Of a stretch of 32,000 nt of DNA, positions 17,101 to 25,367 are shown in pieces. Below the pieces are notes generated by a model. It was not told where the DNA came from and made no database searches. It saw only the letters and a program-made list of their open reading frames with translations. Within the stretch, counting starts at the first letter, position 1; each line of letters starts with the position of its first letter. Source of the DNA: Candidatus Electronema aureum (GTDB taxonomy: Bacteria; Desulfobacterota; Desulfobulbia; Desulfobulbales; Desulfobulbaceae); the NCBI GenBank assembly GCA_004284765.1, contig NQJD01000020.1, forward strand, positions 1 to 32,000, written 5' to 3'. A program made the position numbers and the translations under genes.

Positions 17101-17130
17101 ATTGATATAAGAAAAAAAGCGGTTTTGCAA
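17101..17130 (-). promoter_or_regulatory. candidate sigma70 promoter for argF (TTGCAA-N17-TATCAA)
   Basis: Minus strand: TTGCAA (17130..17125), 17-nt spacer aaccgctttttttctta, TATCAAT (17107..17101). About 95 nt upstream of the argF ATG. Confidence 0.35.
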
Positions 17131-17217
17131 AGCAATTCTGCTTTTACTTGATCATTTCTTTAGGAGAGAGGCCAAGAACAGTTTTTGCCTTCTGACCAGC
17201 AGCGCGGATGGCTTATC

Positions 17218-18861
17218 TTATTGCTCCAAACTACTGAGGCCTTTTTTCAGGCAAAAATAGGAGGCAAGACCGCCAATCAGGGCGATAAGCACCAAGGTGC
17301 CTATTGAGAGCAACAAAGCCAACGAATCGATCTGACCACCACGTAGCCAGAAGCGCAGCAGGCGATAATTGCCGCTGAAGCCGATGACTAACATCAGCAG
17401 TTCCATTGCCAAGCTGACGAACATGAAGAGCATCATGCCGAAACTGCCTTGCGCAGCGGTCCGGCTTTCAATCTTAAAATCAGCGTACATCGCCCCGAAA
17501 CCAAGAGCTAAGGCCAGCGCACTCCACGTAATCACTAAACTCACGCCGATAGACACCCACCACATCGGCCCGGTGATTTGTAGCAGGGCGTTAGAGGCAA
17601 TGATCAGGAAGAGGATGACCAGCGTAAAGGGGATGCAATAAAAGAGATACTTGCAAAGCAGATATTTTGGCAAAGGCAGCGGCGAAGAACGGATGGCAGC
17701 AAAGGCCATGCCTTCGGCACCGATGGAAGGATAGACGAAACGAGCTGCGAGCGAGGTTGCTAAGAAACCAGCCAAGCCGATATTGGCAAAGGCAATCAGG
17801 TTGGCGAGATATTCGGTGGGCATGGGCGAGCGGTCAAGGGGCAGGGCCTTGAAGTTGTACAAATATACCACAATCAGCGCACCGACCAGAAAGAGCTGCG
17901 ACCACTCGGCTGAATCGCGGAGAAAAAGCTTTGCCTCTTTATGAAAAATGCGGAGCAAAGGCGAGGGACGGTAGTCTTTGCCACCAAAAGTGCGCGAGCC
18001 GCCAAAGGATTCCTGCGCTTTGCTGAAACCGTCGAAGAAGAATTTTTTCATCAGCCATTCCCCGACCCAGAAAAGAATCAACGGAGTGAGCAAAAGCAAC
18101 CCAGCAGCTAACCAGTCAACCGTCTGATCTTGGAGATAGCCGCCAAGGAGTAGATTAGCCCAAGAGGGCGGCAGCAGAGCAGAGCCGGGGGTTTGGAGGT
18201 TAGAGAGGTAATCAACAAAGTCGGGGAACTTTTCCGGGTCAGCTAAATCCTCCGGCTTCAGCAGGCGGATGACCAAATAGAGCAGAATACCAAAGAGCAA
18301 CGACAGATACACCGCGATATCTTTGGTCTGCTTGGCTGGGAAGAGCCTAACCAGTAAAATCGTTGCGCCGAGACCGATGCCGCTGGCAGTCAGAGCGGTG
18401 CTGAGAACGGCAAGCAGCACAAGCAGATGATAGAACCATCCAGCGGCAAAGACCGTGCCGTAAGCGCCGAAGATCGGCAGCGAAAAAATGACCATCATCC
18501 ACGAGGTATAGAGGAACGAGGTCACAAAGCGCATACGAAAGAGCTGCTCTTCTTTGACCGGTGCGCTACACAGGATTTCATTATCCGAAGAAAGATAGAG
18601 CGACGATACTGCCGAAACCATTGATGAAAAAATCAGCATGGCGAACATAATCATCCAAGCCATCTGAAATATCTTCAAGCTGAGGATGATGCCCAGCTCG
18701 CTCTGGCTGTGGAAATAACTAATCGTCCGCAGACTGATCAAATAGAGCGCAACAAAGAGAACTGCGCCGAAGCCAAGTACAGCGGCAGTACGCAGGGAAA
18801 TCCGACTGCCTCGAAAGAAGCGGTTGCGGATGCTGAAAAGGAAGGGGCGGAAGAGAAGCAT
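17218..18861 (-). CDS. polytopic membrane protein, putative ABC-exporter permease
   Basis: 547 aa with at least 10 hydrophobic segments. The N-terminus MLLFRPFLFSIRNRFFRG.. and overall layout resemble the 'putative ABC exporter' permease family. An ABC ATPase sits two genes upstream in the same orientation. Confidence 0.7.
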   Translation of the reverse strand: MLLFRPFLFSIRNRFFRGSRISLRTAAVLGFGAVLFVALYLISLRTISYFHSQSELGIILSLKIFQMAWMIMFAMLIFSSMVSAVSSLYLSSDNEILCSAPVKEEQLFRMRFVTSFLYTSWMMVIFSLPIFGAYGTVFAAGWFYHLLVLLAVLSTALTASGIGLGATILLVRLFPAKQTKDIAVYLSLLFGILLYLVIRLLKPEDLADPEKFPDFVDYLSNLQTPGSALLPPSWANLLLGGYLQDQTVDWLAAGLLLLTPLILFWVGEWLMKKFFFDGFSKAQESFGGSRTFGGKDYRPSPLLRIFHKEAKLFLRDSAEWSQLFLVGALIVVYLYNFKALPLDRSPMPTEYLANLIAFANIGLAGFLATSLAARFVYPSIGAEGMAFAAIRSSPLPLPKYLLCKYLFYCIPFTLVILFLIIASNALLQITGPMWWVSIGVSLVITWSALALALGFGAMYADFKIESRTAAQGSFGMMLFMFVSLAMELLMLVIGFSGNYRLLRFWLRGGQIDSLALLLSIGTLVLIALIGGLASYFCLKKGLSSLEQ

Positions 18862-18930
18862 AGTGCCTTGTCGCCTGTTTTGGGTTGATATTCTCCAGTC
18901 TTATTCCAACCTGCCGGAGCGGATAGCTTA

Positions 18931-19186
18931 CTTTCCCTGCGGCAAAGTCGCCTTGCTTTGCCATAAAGTCGGTTTACTTTGTCACAAAGCAAGCCTGCTT
19001 TATCACGGAGCACACCTGATACGTCTCAAAGAAGACCTACTTTATCGTAAAGCAAGTCTTCTTTGTTGTAAAGTAAGTCTGCTTTGTTGCAAAGAACACC
19101 TACTTTGTCACAGAGCAAACCTGACGCACCTCAAAGTAGACCTGCTTTACGGCAAAGAAAGCCTACTTTTACACAGGCAAAGCCGG
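18931..19186. repeat. 12 tandem units, strictly 21-bp phased from 18956, each with a CTTT-N5-AAAG palindromic core
   Basis: Units start at 18931 (25 bp), then 18956, 18977, 18998, 19019, 19040, 19061, 19082, 19103, 19124, 19145 and 19166. Consensus is roughly CTTTgtcrcAAAGcaagCCTg. Units 4+5 and 9+10 (105 bp apart) are 33/42 identical by hand alignment. The last unit overlaps the metallophosphoesterase stop. Confidence 0.9.
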
Positions 19187-20014
19187 ATTAAGCAACTTTA
19201 ACACCGCGATTTCCGGGTAGCAGTTAAAGCGCACCGGATAAATAGCCCAACCTATGCCTCGGCTGATAAAGAGTTTGGTTTTCTCGGTGATAATCAGGCC
19301 ACTCGAATAGTGCTTGTTCTGCACAGGCAGCACGGGCGGGCCAAAAAAAGGCAGCACTATCTGCCCGCCGTGTGTATGGCCGCTTACCACCAGTGAAAGC
19401 GGCGTTTTGAACGATGTATCCACTGAGTCGGGGTTATGAGCGAGGAGAATCCGGCATTCGTTTTCCTCTGAATTGGCAAAGGCTTGGTCGATCTTCAATT
19501 GATCTTCCCAAAGATCGCCTCCACCGCCAAGGACGAGCCGTTCCTGGCCCCGTTCAATCACTTTGCGCTGATGACGAAGATTCTGCCCGCTCCGTTCCAG
19601 CCAGTAGAGGGAACGTTCCGTGTCTGCCGAATGATCATGATTGCCTAAGACCGAGAATACGCCGTGCCGCGCTTGCAGCTGCATCAAGATTGGCCAGACC
19701 TGATCAATCTCTGCCGTGGTGTTTCTTTTATGCACATAATCGCCAGTGCAAAATATGGCATCAGGACGCAGGGCATTGGTTCGTTCCACTACCTTTTGAA
19801 TAAAGGCGGCAGAAACGAACCGACCGAGATGCAGATCAGTCAGATGGGCAATTGTGAACCCGTGAAAGGAAGGCGGCAAATTGGCAATTGAAATCTGGTA
19901 GCGGTTGACGAGAACAATGTTTCGTTCAATGAAGACCGTGTAGCTGCCTGCCAAGGCAGTAGCAAGGCCATAGGCAGCCAGTCGGAGCACGGCCCTGCGA
20001 CTAATGCCACTCAC
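19169..20014 (-). CDS. calcineurin-like metallophosphoesterase with Tat-like/anchor N-terminus
   Basis: Motifs HLTDLHLG, GDYVH, GNHD, AHNP, GHTHGG. The N-terminus MSGISRRAVLRLAAYGLATALAGS resembles a twin-arginine signal or anchor. Its start overlaps the ABC ATPase stop by 4 nt. Confidence 0.85.
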   Translation of the reverse strand: MSGISRRAVLRLAAYGLATALAGSYTVFIERNIVLVNRYQISIANLPPSFHGFTIAHLTDLHLGRFVSAAFIQKVVERTNALRPDAIFCTGDYVHKRNTTAEIDQVWPILMQLQARHGVFSVLGNHDHSADTERSLYWLERSGQNLRHQRKVIERGQERLVLGGGGDLWEDQLKIDQAFANSEENECRILLAHNPDSVDTSFKTPLSLVVSGHTHGGQIVLPFFGPPVLPVQNKHYSSGLIITEKTKLFISRGIGWAIYPVRFNCYPEIAVLKLLNPALPV

Positions 20015-20787
20015 GCGCTTTTCAATGCCTCAATCACCTGCCGCATCTCCCAAGCACCGGTTAGCTCCAGGAAGATATCCTCCAGATTAAGGCTCTGATC
20101 TGCCTTGCCCGCCTGGTTGCGCAGTTCCTCCATCGTGCCGATGACACGTAGGGTGCCATTGGTGATGATGGCGATCCGACGGCAGAGTTCTTCCGCAATT
20201 TCTAACGAGTGTGTTGAAAGAAAGATCGCCGTACCCGCCGCAGCCTTTTGCTTAAACAGTTCTTTAACAATGCGGGCTGATTTAGGATCAAGGCCGACCA
20301 TTGGTTCGTCAATGATCATCAGCGGTTGGTCAAGCATCAGCACTGAAGTCATGATCAGCTTTTGGCGCATCCCGTGCGAATAGCTCTCAATCAGATGATC
20401 CTGCCACTTGCCGAGATCAAAGATATCTAAATAGTTCTGCGATTCCGCACTGAATCGCTGCTCCGGGAGCTGATAAAGGCTGGCGATGAACTTCAGATAC
20501 TCGCTGCCGGTCAGTTTTTCAAACAGCCAAGGCCGGTCAGGGACGTAGCCGGTGTCCTGTTTGCAAGCAAGAGGCTGTTCAATCAGCGAATGACCGTTGA
20601 TCAGCACTGTGCCGCTATCCGGTTGTAGCAGCCCGGCCAGTATCTTGATCGTCGTGGTCTTGCCTGCGCCGTTTGGGCCAAGGAAACCGAAGATTTCCCC
20701 GGCAGCAACTTCAAGACTGATATCGTTGACAGCGGTGAAGTCAGCGAACGATTTGCACAGATTGTTTATTTGTAGGATGGGGTTCAT
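20011..20787 (-). CDS. ABC transporter ATP-binding protein
   Basis: Walker A GPNGAGKTTT, Q-loop, signature-like YSHGMRQKL, Walker B LMIIDEPMVGLD, H-loop LSTHS. Confidence 0.9.
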   Translation of the reverse strand: MNPILQINNLCKSFADFTAVNDISLEVAAGEIFGFLGPNGAGKTTTIKILAGLLQPDSGTVLINGHSLIEQPLACKQDTGYVPDRPWLFEKLTGSEYLKFIASLYQLPEQRFSAESQNYLDIFDLGKWQDHLIESYSHGMRQKLIMTSVLMLDQPLMIIDEPMVGLDPKSARIVKELFKQKAAAGTAIFLSTHSLEIAEELCRRIAIITNGTLRVIGTMEELRNQAGKADQSLNLEDIFLELTGAWEMRQVIEALKSA

Positions 20788-20798
20788 GATTGCAGCTC

Positions 20799-22253
20799 TT
20801 ACTTATTCGGCAGAATCTCAATCTTTAGCTTACCCAGCAATCCGCCAATCGCAACTTGCCCTTCCACATCAGCACGAGTGAAGCGAATATGGTAAAGATC
20901 AGCAGGGAGCTGGTTAACGGTTGTATCAAGACTGACCCACTGGCCGTTAATACAGACCTCATTCCAAGCATGGTAATAGAATGCACCCTTATGCAGAGTA
21001 ACTCCAACGGCAATGGTAGTAGAAATACCGAGGCTTCTACTCAATGCAGCGAACAACGCCGCGTGTTCATTGCAGTCGCCGACACCGTTTTCCAAGGTGG
21101 TGATAGCATCGGGCAGACCAATGACTGGCCTTTTCTCTATGTTCTTATAGACCCAATCCGCTAACAGTCTGACTTGTGTCGTCGGATCATGCTCTTTACC
21201 GACAATTTCCTTGGCTTTGGCGATAATGGTATCATCTTTAACCTGCACGTAACGGCTGCCTCGCAGGTATTTCTCCTCAGCACAGCCTGCTGCATCCTTC
21301 TGTCCGGTAGTGTTCAGCGGAGGAAAAGCCTCCTGAGTGATAACTAATCTCCCCGCAGCCCATTGCTGCCGTCCGCCGTTCAACTCTACTGCTGCCTCGG
21401 CGGGAAAATGGAGCTGATACACGGCAGTTGCGCTGTTTTCTGGCGATAACGTACCTGAATACTGCACTGCCACCGCTGCTAACAGCTCATCACCGCTATC
21501 TTGGATGTCCATCGCCTTGAACTTAGGCTCTGCTTCAAAGACGAAACCCGCCGGTGACTCCTGTTTGATGATTTTGCCTTCGTCGTCTATCCAAAAAGTA
21601 GTATTCATGCCAGCATACGACTCGGTAAACTCATGCAACTTATGCACTCGCCCGCTGATCAGCTCCTTGTCGCGACCCTTGTATGTGATAATCGATTCGT
21701 GTGGAGTTAAGGTGAGAGGATCAATAAAGGGAATCTTGAGTTTGTCGCCCGCCTTGCTGAGTTTGGTCAACAGATAACCGCGCTGGTTAAGCGGCAACAG
21801 AGGCTTGTCCGGCAGCGAGATGGAATCTTTAATGATCGTCTGGCCTGTGTCTAAGGTAAAATGAACCGTGTTTCCCTCTGTCCGACCTTCAGCTTTGGTG
21901 CTGGAAAAAGGGGAAGAGAAGGTGAACTGGAAACTTTTGAGGCGCATTCCACTGTCTAATTCCGCACTGAGGTTCATCTGCATCGGCTGGACACTCTTAA
22001 CTACCTTGAGCTTGAGCGATGCTTGCTGTTGGACACTGTATCCACCGCTATCAAGAGGGCGGAAATCCTCCATCACATAACCGATGCGTTTGCCGTGCAG
22101 ATACACACCATAATATTGCTGATACTTTGCTGTGAGTAGGACAGCTTGTTCGCTGCTGTCTAAGGAGGAGATAAAGAAATCGCGCTGCACCAATAAACCC
22201 AGCAAGAGCAGCCAGCAAGAGATGCAAACAATTTTGAGAAGACGGGAGGTCAT
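20799..22253 (-). CDS. membrane-anchored transglutaminase-like (Cys-His-Asp) protein
   Basis: C-terminal core GVGDCNEHAALFAALSRSLGI...FYYHAWNEVCINGQWVSLDTT, giving Cys, His and Asp in the transglutaminase-core order. Start set at the ATG at 22253, which gives an N-terminal anchor MTSRLLKIVCISCWLLLLGLLV. The track ORF begins at a TTG 45 codons upstream with no SD. Confidence 0.75.
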   Translation of the reverse strand: MTSRLLKIVCISCWLLLLGLLVQRDFFISSLDSSEQAVLLTAKYQQYYGVYLHGKRIGYVMEDFRPLDSGGYSVQQQASLKLKVVKSVQPMQMNLSAELDSGMRLKSFQFTFSSPFSSTKAEGRTEGNTVHFTLDTGQTIIKDSISLPDKPLLPLNQRGYLLTKLSKAGDKLKIPFIDPLTLTPHESIITYKGRDKELISGRVHKLHEFTESYAGMNTTFWIDDEGKIIKQESPAGFVFEAEPKFKAMDIQDSGDELLAAVAVQYSGTLSPENSATAVYQLHFPAEAAVELNGGRQQWAAGRLVITQEAFPPLNTTGQKDAAGCAEEKYLRGSRYVQVKDDTIIAKAKEIVGKEHDPTTQVRLLADWVYKNIEKRPVIGLPDAITTLENGVGDCNEHAALFAALSRSLGISTTIAVGVTLHKGAFYYHAWNEVCINGQWVSLDTTVNQLPADLYHIRFTRADVEGQVAIGGLLGKLKIEILPNK

Positions 22254-22425
22254 GGCAAGATCACAGAAAGGAATGCTCAAAGTCCCTCGGAAAAGCAGCT
22301 GTTCGCTCAGAGACGACAGAACAGCTGCTTCAAGATGACAAAAATCGGTACGTACCAAAAGAATACAACACGGCTGGCTGGCCGTCAACGTGATGCAGTG
22401 GAAATGCGAAGATCATCTTCTCACT

Positions 22426-25044
22426 TCAAGTCCCCTGCACCATCTTAGTAATCCTCGTGTAATCCGTTTTTCCGCTTCCTAACAGCGGAATAGCCGCCAC
22501 CCGCTGCACGGAGCGGATGTTGTGCAGCGGAGAAAGCCCCGCGTCACGGAGAGCTTGGTTTGCTTCCTGCCGATCTGTGGCTAAGGTGGTCAGCAGAACC
22601 AATTCCGGGTGCTGTTCATCGCCAGCAGCGGCCACTGCCAGCACTGGCCCGTCTCCTGCCGGGTAGTGCGCCTCCAGCACTTGCTCTATCGCGGGCAGAG
22701 AAATCATTTCGCCGCCTAATTTGACAAAGCGTTTCAGCCGTCCGGCAAAGACCAGCACCCCGTTCTGTTCATACACTAAGTCGCCGGTGTCATACCAAGA
22801 GTATCCGTCGAAGCGGACAAAGGGGTTGTTCGCATCACCGAGATAGCCGGAGAACACATTCGGCCCGCGCACCAGCAGCCGACCGTTCTTGCCCGGAGCC
22901 ACGGGCTGGCCGCTCTCCACATCAAGGAGGACATAGTGCATCGAGGGCAGGACTTTCCCTATCGTGCCGGGCCAAGGATCATCAAGCGAGTTGACCGACA
23001 CCACCGGCGAGCACTCGGTCACGCCGTAGCCTTCGCAGAGCACGGCGCGCGGGCACTTCTGGCGCAACGCGGCAAAGATATGATCCGGGCATTTCTCCGC
23101 TCCAGAGAAGATCAGACGCAAAGATTGAAGCAGCTCAGGCTTGCCAGCGCGCAGCATACCCTGTAAAAAGGTCGGCGTGGCGATTAAAGCGGTCACGCCG
23201 TAGGCTCCGGTCATCCGGGCCAGCATCGCGCCCTCAGTCGGATTGGGCCAATAGACCGTGCGCAGGCCAGCGCAGAGCGGCAGAATCACAGTTCCGGCCA
23301 AACCCAGCGAATGAAAGAGCGGCAGAATGCCTAAGAGGCGGTCGTTGGAGGATAAAGACAGCACCTTGGCGAAATCGCGGAGATTGGCAAGGAAATTGGC
23401 GTGCGTGAGCGGCACTGCTTTGGGCCGGGTCTCAGAACCAGAGGTGAAGAGTATGGCTGCACTGTCAGCGATCTCGACTTCGCGGAGCTGCTGCCAGGAA
23501 ATATAGCTCTTGAGCAGGGCGGCGAGCTTCTGGCCCGCTGAAATGCGACCCGCCATATCCTCTAAATACAGCCATTCCACCCCCACCTGCTCTAATTCAA
23601 TCCCCTGCGTGGCTAATCTGCTGGTCAGCGCCCTAACCGTGATCACTTGCGTTGCGCTGACCACACCGAGCGAGTGCTTCATGTTGGCGGTGCCGCTCGT
23701 CCAGTTGACCATTACCGGCTCTTTGCCGCTGAACATCACCGCCAGCCAGCAGATGACCGCGCTGACCGAGCCGGGGATCATAATGCCGATGCGCTTACCC
23801 GGCATTTTTTCGATCTCCGGCAGCAAAGCGTAGATCGACATGACGATCTGCCGCCAGGTTTTATCGCCCCGGATTTGATCAGAAAGGATCACCTGACTCG
23901 GATTTTTCTTTGCCTGGCGCAGAAACAGCTCGGCAATGGTTGCTCCTTCCGGGATGGTCAGCGTTTTTTCCGGCACCGGTTTGAACCAGTGGGCGGAAAC
24001 AGGCTTCAGCTCTGCTCCGGCTAAGGTCGGCATGATGCCGCCAGCGGCCAGAATGCAATCCGCGACCGTTTTCAAGGCTTCCAGATTGTCCGCAGCCACA
24101 CCAAATTCCTGCTGAAGCCATGCGCCGAACTCTGCCAGCACCAAGCTGTCTAAACCAAGGTCTCCGGCGAGGCTGTCGTTCTCATGAAGAGGCCCTGCAC
24201 CGGCCAGCTCCTGCAATTTATCCATCACTAAGGTATGGATGGAGGCAGGAATTTTGCCGAGATCGGTATCCGCGAATTCAGGCTGCGCTTCGTCGTGGTA
24301 GATCGGCGCAGAACCTTGCCACCAAAAGAGCGGCACCTCGGTGTTCCGGTCAGGCGCGCGGTTGTAGAAGTCCTCTAACCAGCGGTTCATCTCCTTTTTG
24401 TCAGCGCGGCGCGGAAATTTTTCCGGCTCAATCAGCTCTAGTTCGACCTTCCGCCGAGGCGTGAAGAGGATGCCGTTCACCAGCACGGCGAAGAGCAGGC
24501 CGCTGATATTTTTCAGCAGCGACGGCAAGCCCTTAGCCCGGCTGTAGCGGCTGCCCCACAGCCCACGGATGCGGATGAGGACAATCCGCGCTTCCGGCAC
24601 CGCATGAACGATGGAGGCCGCGCCGCTGTTGCCGCCGATCACCTCTATCTGGCTCCGGCTGATCCGGCCTGATGGATAAAGAAGGACGTTGTCGCCGCGC
24701 TTCAAGGCTGCGATGATTTCTTCGATCCCAGCAAAAACTTGCTCTTTCACCTGCGCGCCGCCGGTGTTGAGGTCAGGAATGCGGATCGCCCGCATCTGGG
24801 CCATCAGCCAGCGGAACAGCGGGTGGTTCGTCTGCGTCTCGTCCGCGAGCGGGCGCGGCGTGAAGCGGCTCCAAAGTAGGCTCATGACAATCACCGGGTC
24901 AATCAGGGCCTGATGGTTCGGTAAGAAAAGGATCGGGCGGTGATCGTCGCGGCTATTCTTCTTGAGTTCGCGCAACCCCTCCACGCGGATGCGGTAGCGG
25001 AGACGGAGCAGGCAGGCCAGCAGGAGATTGAGCAGGATTTTCAT
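22426..25044 (-). CDS. tri-domain lipid-acylation enzyme: PlsC-type acyltransferase, carrier-protein (PP-binding) domain, acyl-AMP ligase (Aas-like)
   Basis: N-terminus has the HX4D motif (LPNHQALIDP) and LLYPSGRISR. The middle has a phosphopantetheine site (LAGDLGLDSLVLAEF). The C-terminus has adenylation motifs LFTSGSETRPKAV, GYGVTECSP, WYDTGDL, GRLKRFVKLGGEMISL. Confidence 0.85.
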   Translation of the reverse strand: MKILLNLLLACLLRLRYRIRVEGLRELKKNSRDDHRPILFLPNHQALIDPVIVMSLLWSRFTPRPLADETQTNHPLFRWLMAQMRAIRIPDLNTGGAQVKEQVFAGIEEIIAALKRGDNVLLYPSGRISRSQIEVIGGNSGAASIVHAVPEARIVLIRIRGLWGSRYSRAKGLPSLLKNISGLLFAVLVNGILFTPRRKVELELIEPEKFPRRADKKEMNRWLEDFYNRAPDRNTEVPLFWWQGSAPIYHDEAQPEFADTDLGKIPASIHTLVMDKLQELAGAGPLHENDSLAGDLGLDSLVLAEFGAWLQQEFGVAADNLEALKTVADCILAAGGIMPTLAGAELKPVSAHWFKPVPEKTLTIPEGATIAELFLRQAKKNPSQVILSDQIRGDKTWRQIVMSIYALLPEIEKMPGKRIGIMIPGSVSAVICWLAVMFSGKEPVMVNWTSGTANMKHSLGVVSATQVITVRALTSRLATQGIELEQVGVEWLYLEDMAGRISAGQKLAALLKSYISWQQLREVEIADSAAILFTSGSETRPKAVPLTHANFLANLRDFAKVLSLSSNDRLLGILPLFHSLGLAGTVILPLCAGLRTVYWPNPTEGAMLARMTGAYGVTALIATPTFLQGMLRAGKPELLQSLRLIFSGAEKCPDHIFAALRQKCPRAVLCEGYGVTECSPVVSVNSLDDPWPGTIGKVLPSMHYVLLDVESGQPVAPGKNGRLLVRGPNVFSGYLGDANNPFVRFDGYSWYDTGDLVYEQNGVLVFAGRLKRFVKLGGEMISLPAIEQVLEAHYPAGDGPVLAVAAAGDEQHPELVLLTTLATDRQEANQALRDAGLSPLHNIRSVQRVAAIPLLGSGKTDYTRITKMVQGT

Positions 25045-25087
25045 GATCAGACCTCAGAGAAATGGTTGCAGGGCGAGACAGAACCTC

Positions 25088-25152
25088 TGTAGGGGCAGGC
25101 CCCAGTGCCTGTCCTGGCTGCTGTTGGGCAACCACAGGGGGTTGCCCCTACA
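25088..25152. repeat. REP/REPIN-like inverted doublet of GTAG-headed hairpins
   Basis: Left copy: tGTAG-GGGCAGGC-cccagt-GCCTGTCC (25088..25114). Right copy on the opposite strand: tGTAG-GGGCAACC-ccctgt-GGTTGCCC (25126..25152). The heads point outward. It lies in the metF-to-acyltransferase intergenic region. Confidence 0.75.
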
Positions 25153-25367
25153 GCGCATTGCGAAATACGCATCCAGCGATGCGCGGAACCGGTCTCAAAA
25201 CCGGATGAACGGCTCCGGCGGGCCGTTGAACTGATCCCTTGATACCGATGAACAGCACCTCGCATCTGTTCAACGGTATCTTGCACTCTGTTTTTCGGAT
25301 TGCCGTGGCGGTTCAGCGGCAGTCGTGCTGGAAAGAAGCAAGGGCAGGCGCAGAAATTTGCCTCTGC

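Noticed and set aside
18824-19201. 125-aa plus-strand ORF translating the 21-bp array as an xxxLLCH heptad repeat (possible Cys/His-rich coiled coil)
   Set aside because: It has no convincing SD, runs antisense to an otherwise uniform minus-strand operon, and overlaps both the permease start and the phosphoesterase stop. Any 21-bp repeat without stops gives a heptad ORF. It is kept only as the least likely alternative in the repeat finding.
24953-25286. Small ORFs (60-79 aa) crossing the REP doublet, with Gly/Pro/Ala/Cys-rich translations
   Set aside because: They are produced by the GC-rich palindromes of the REP-like elements. They have no SD and lie in the intergenic region between metF and the acyltransferase gene.
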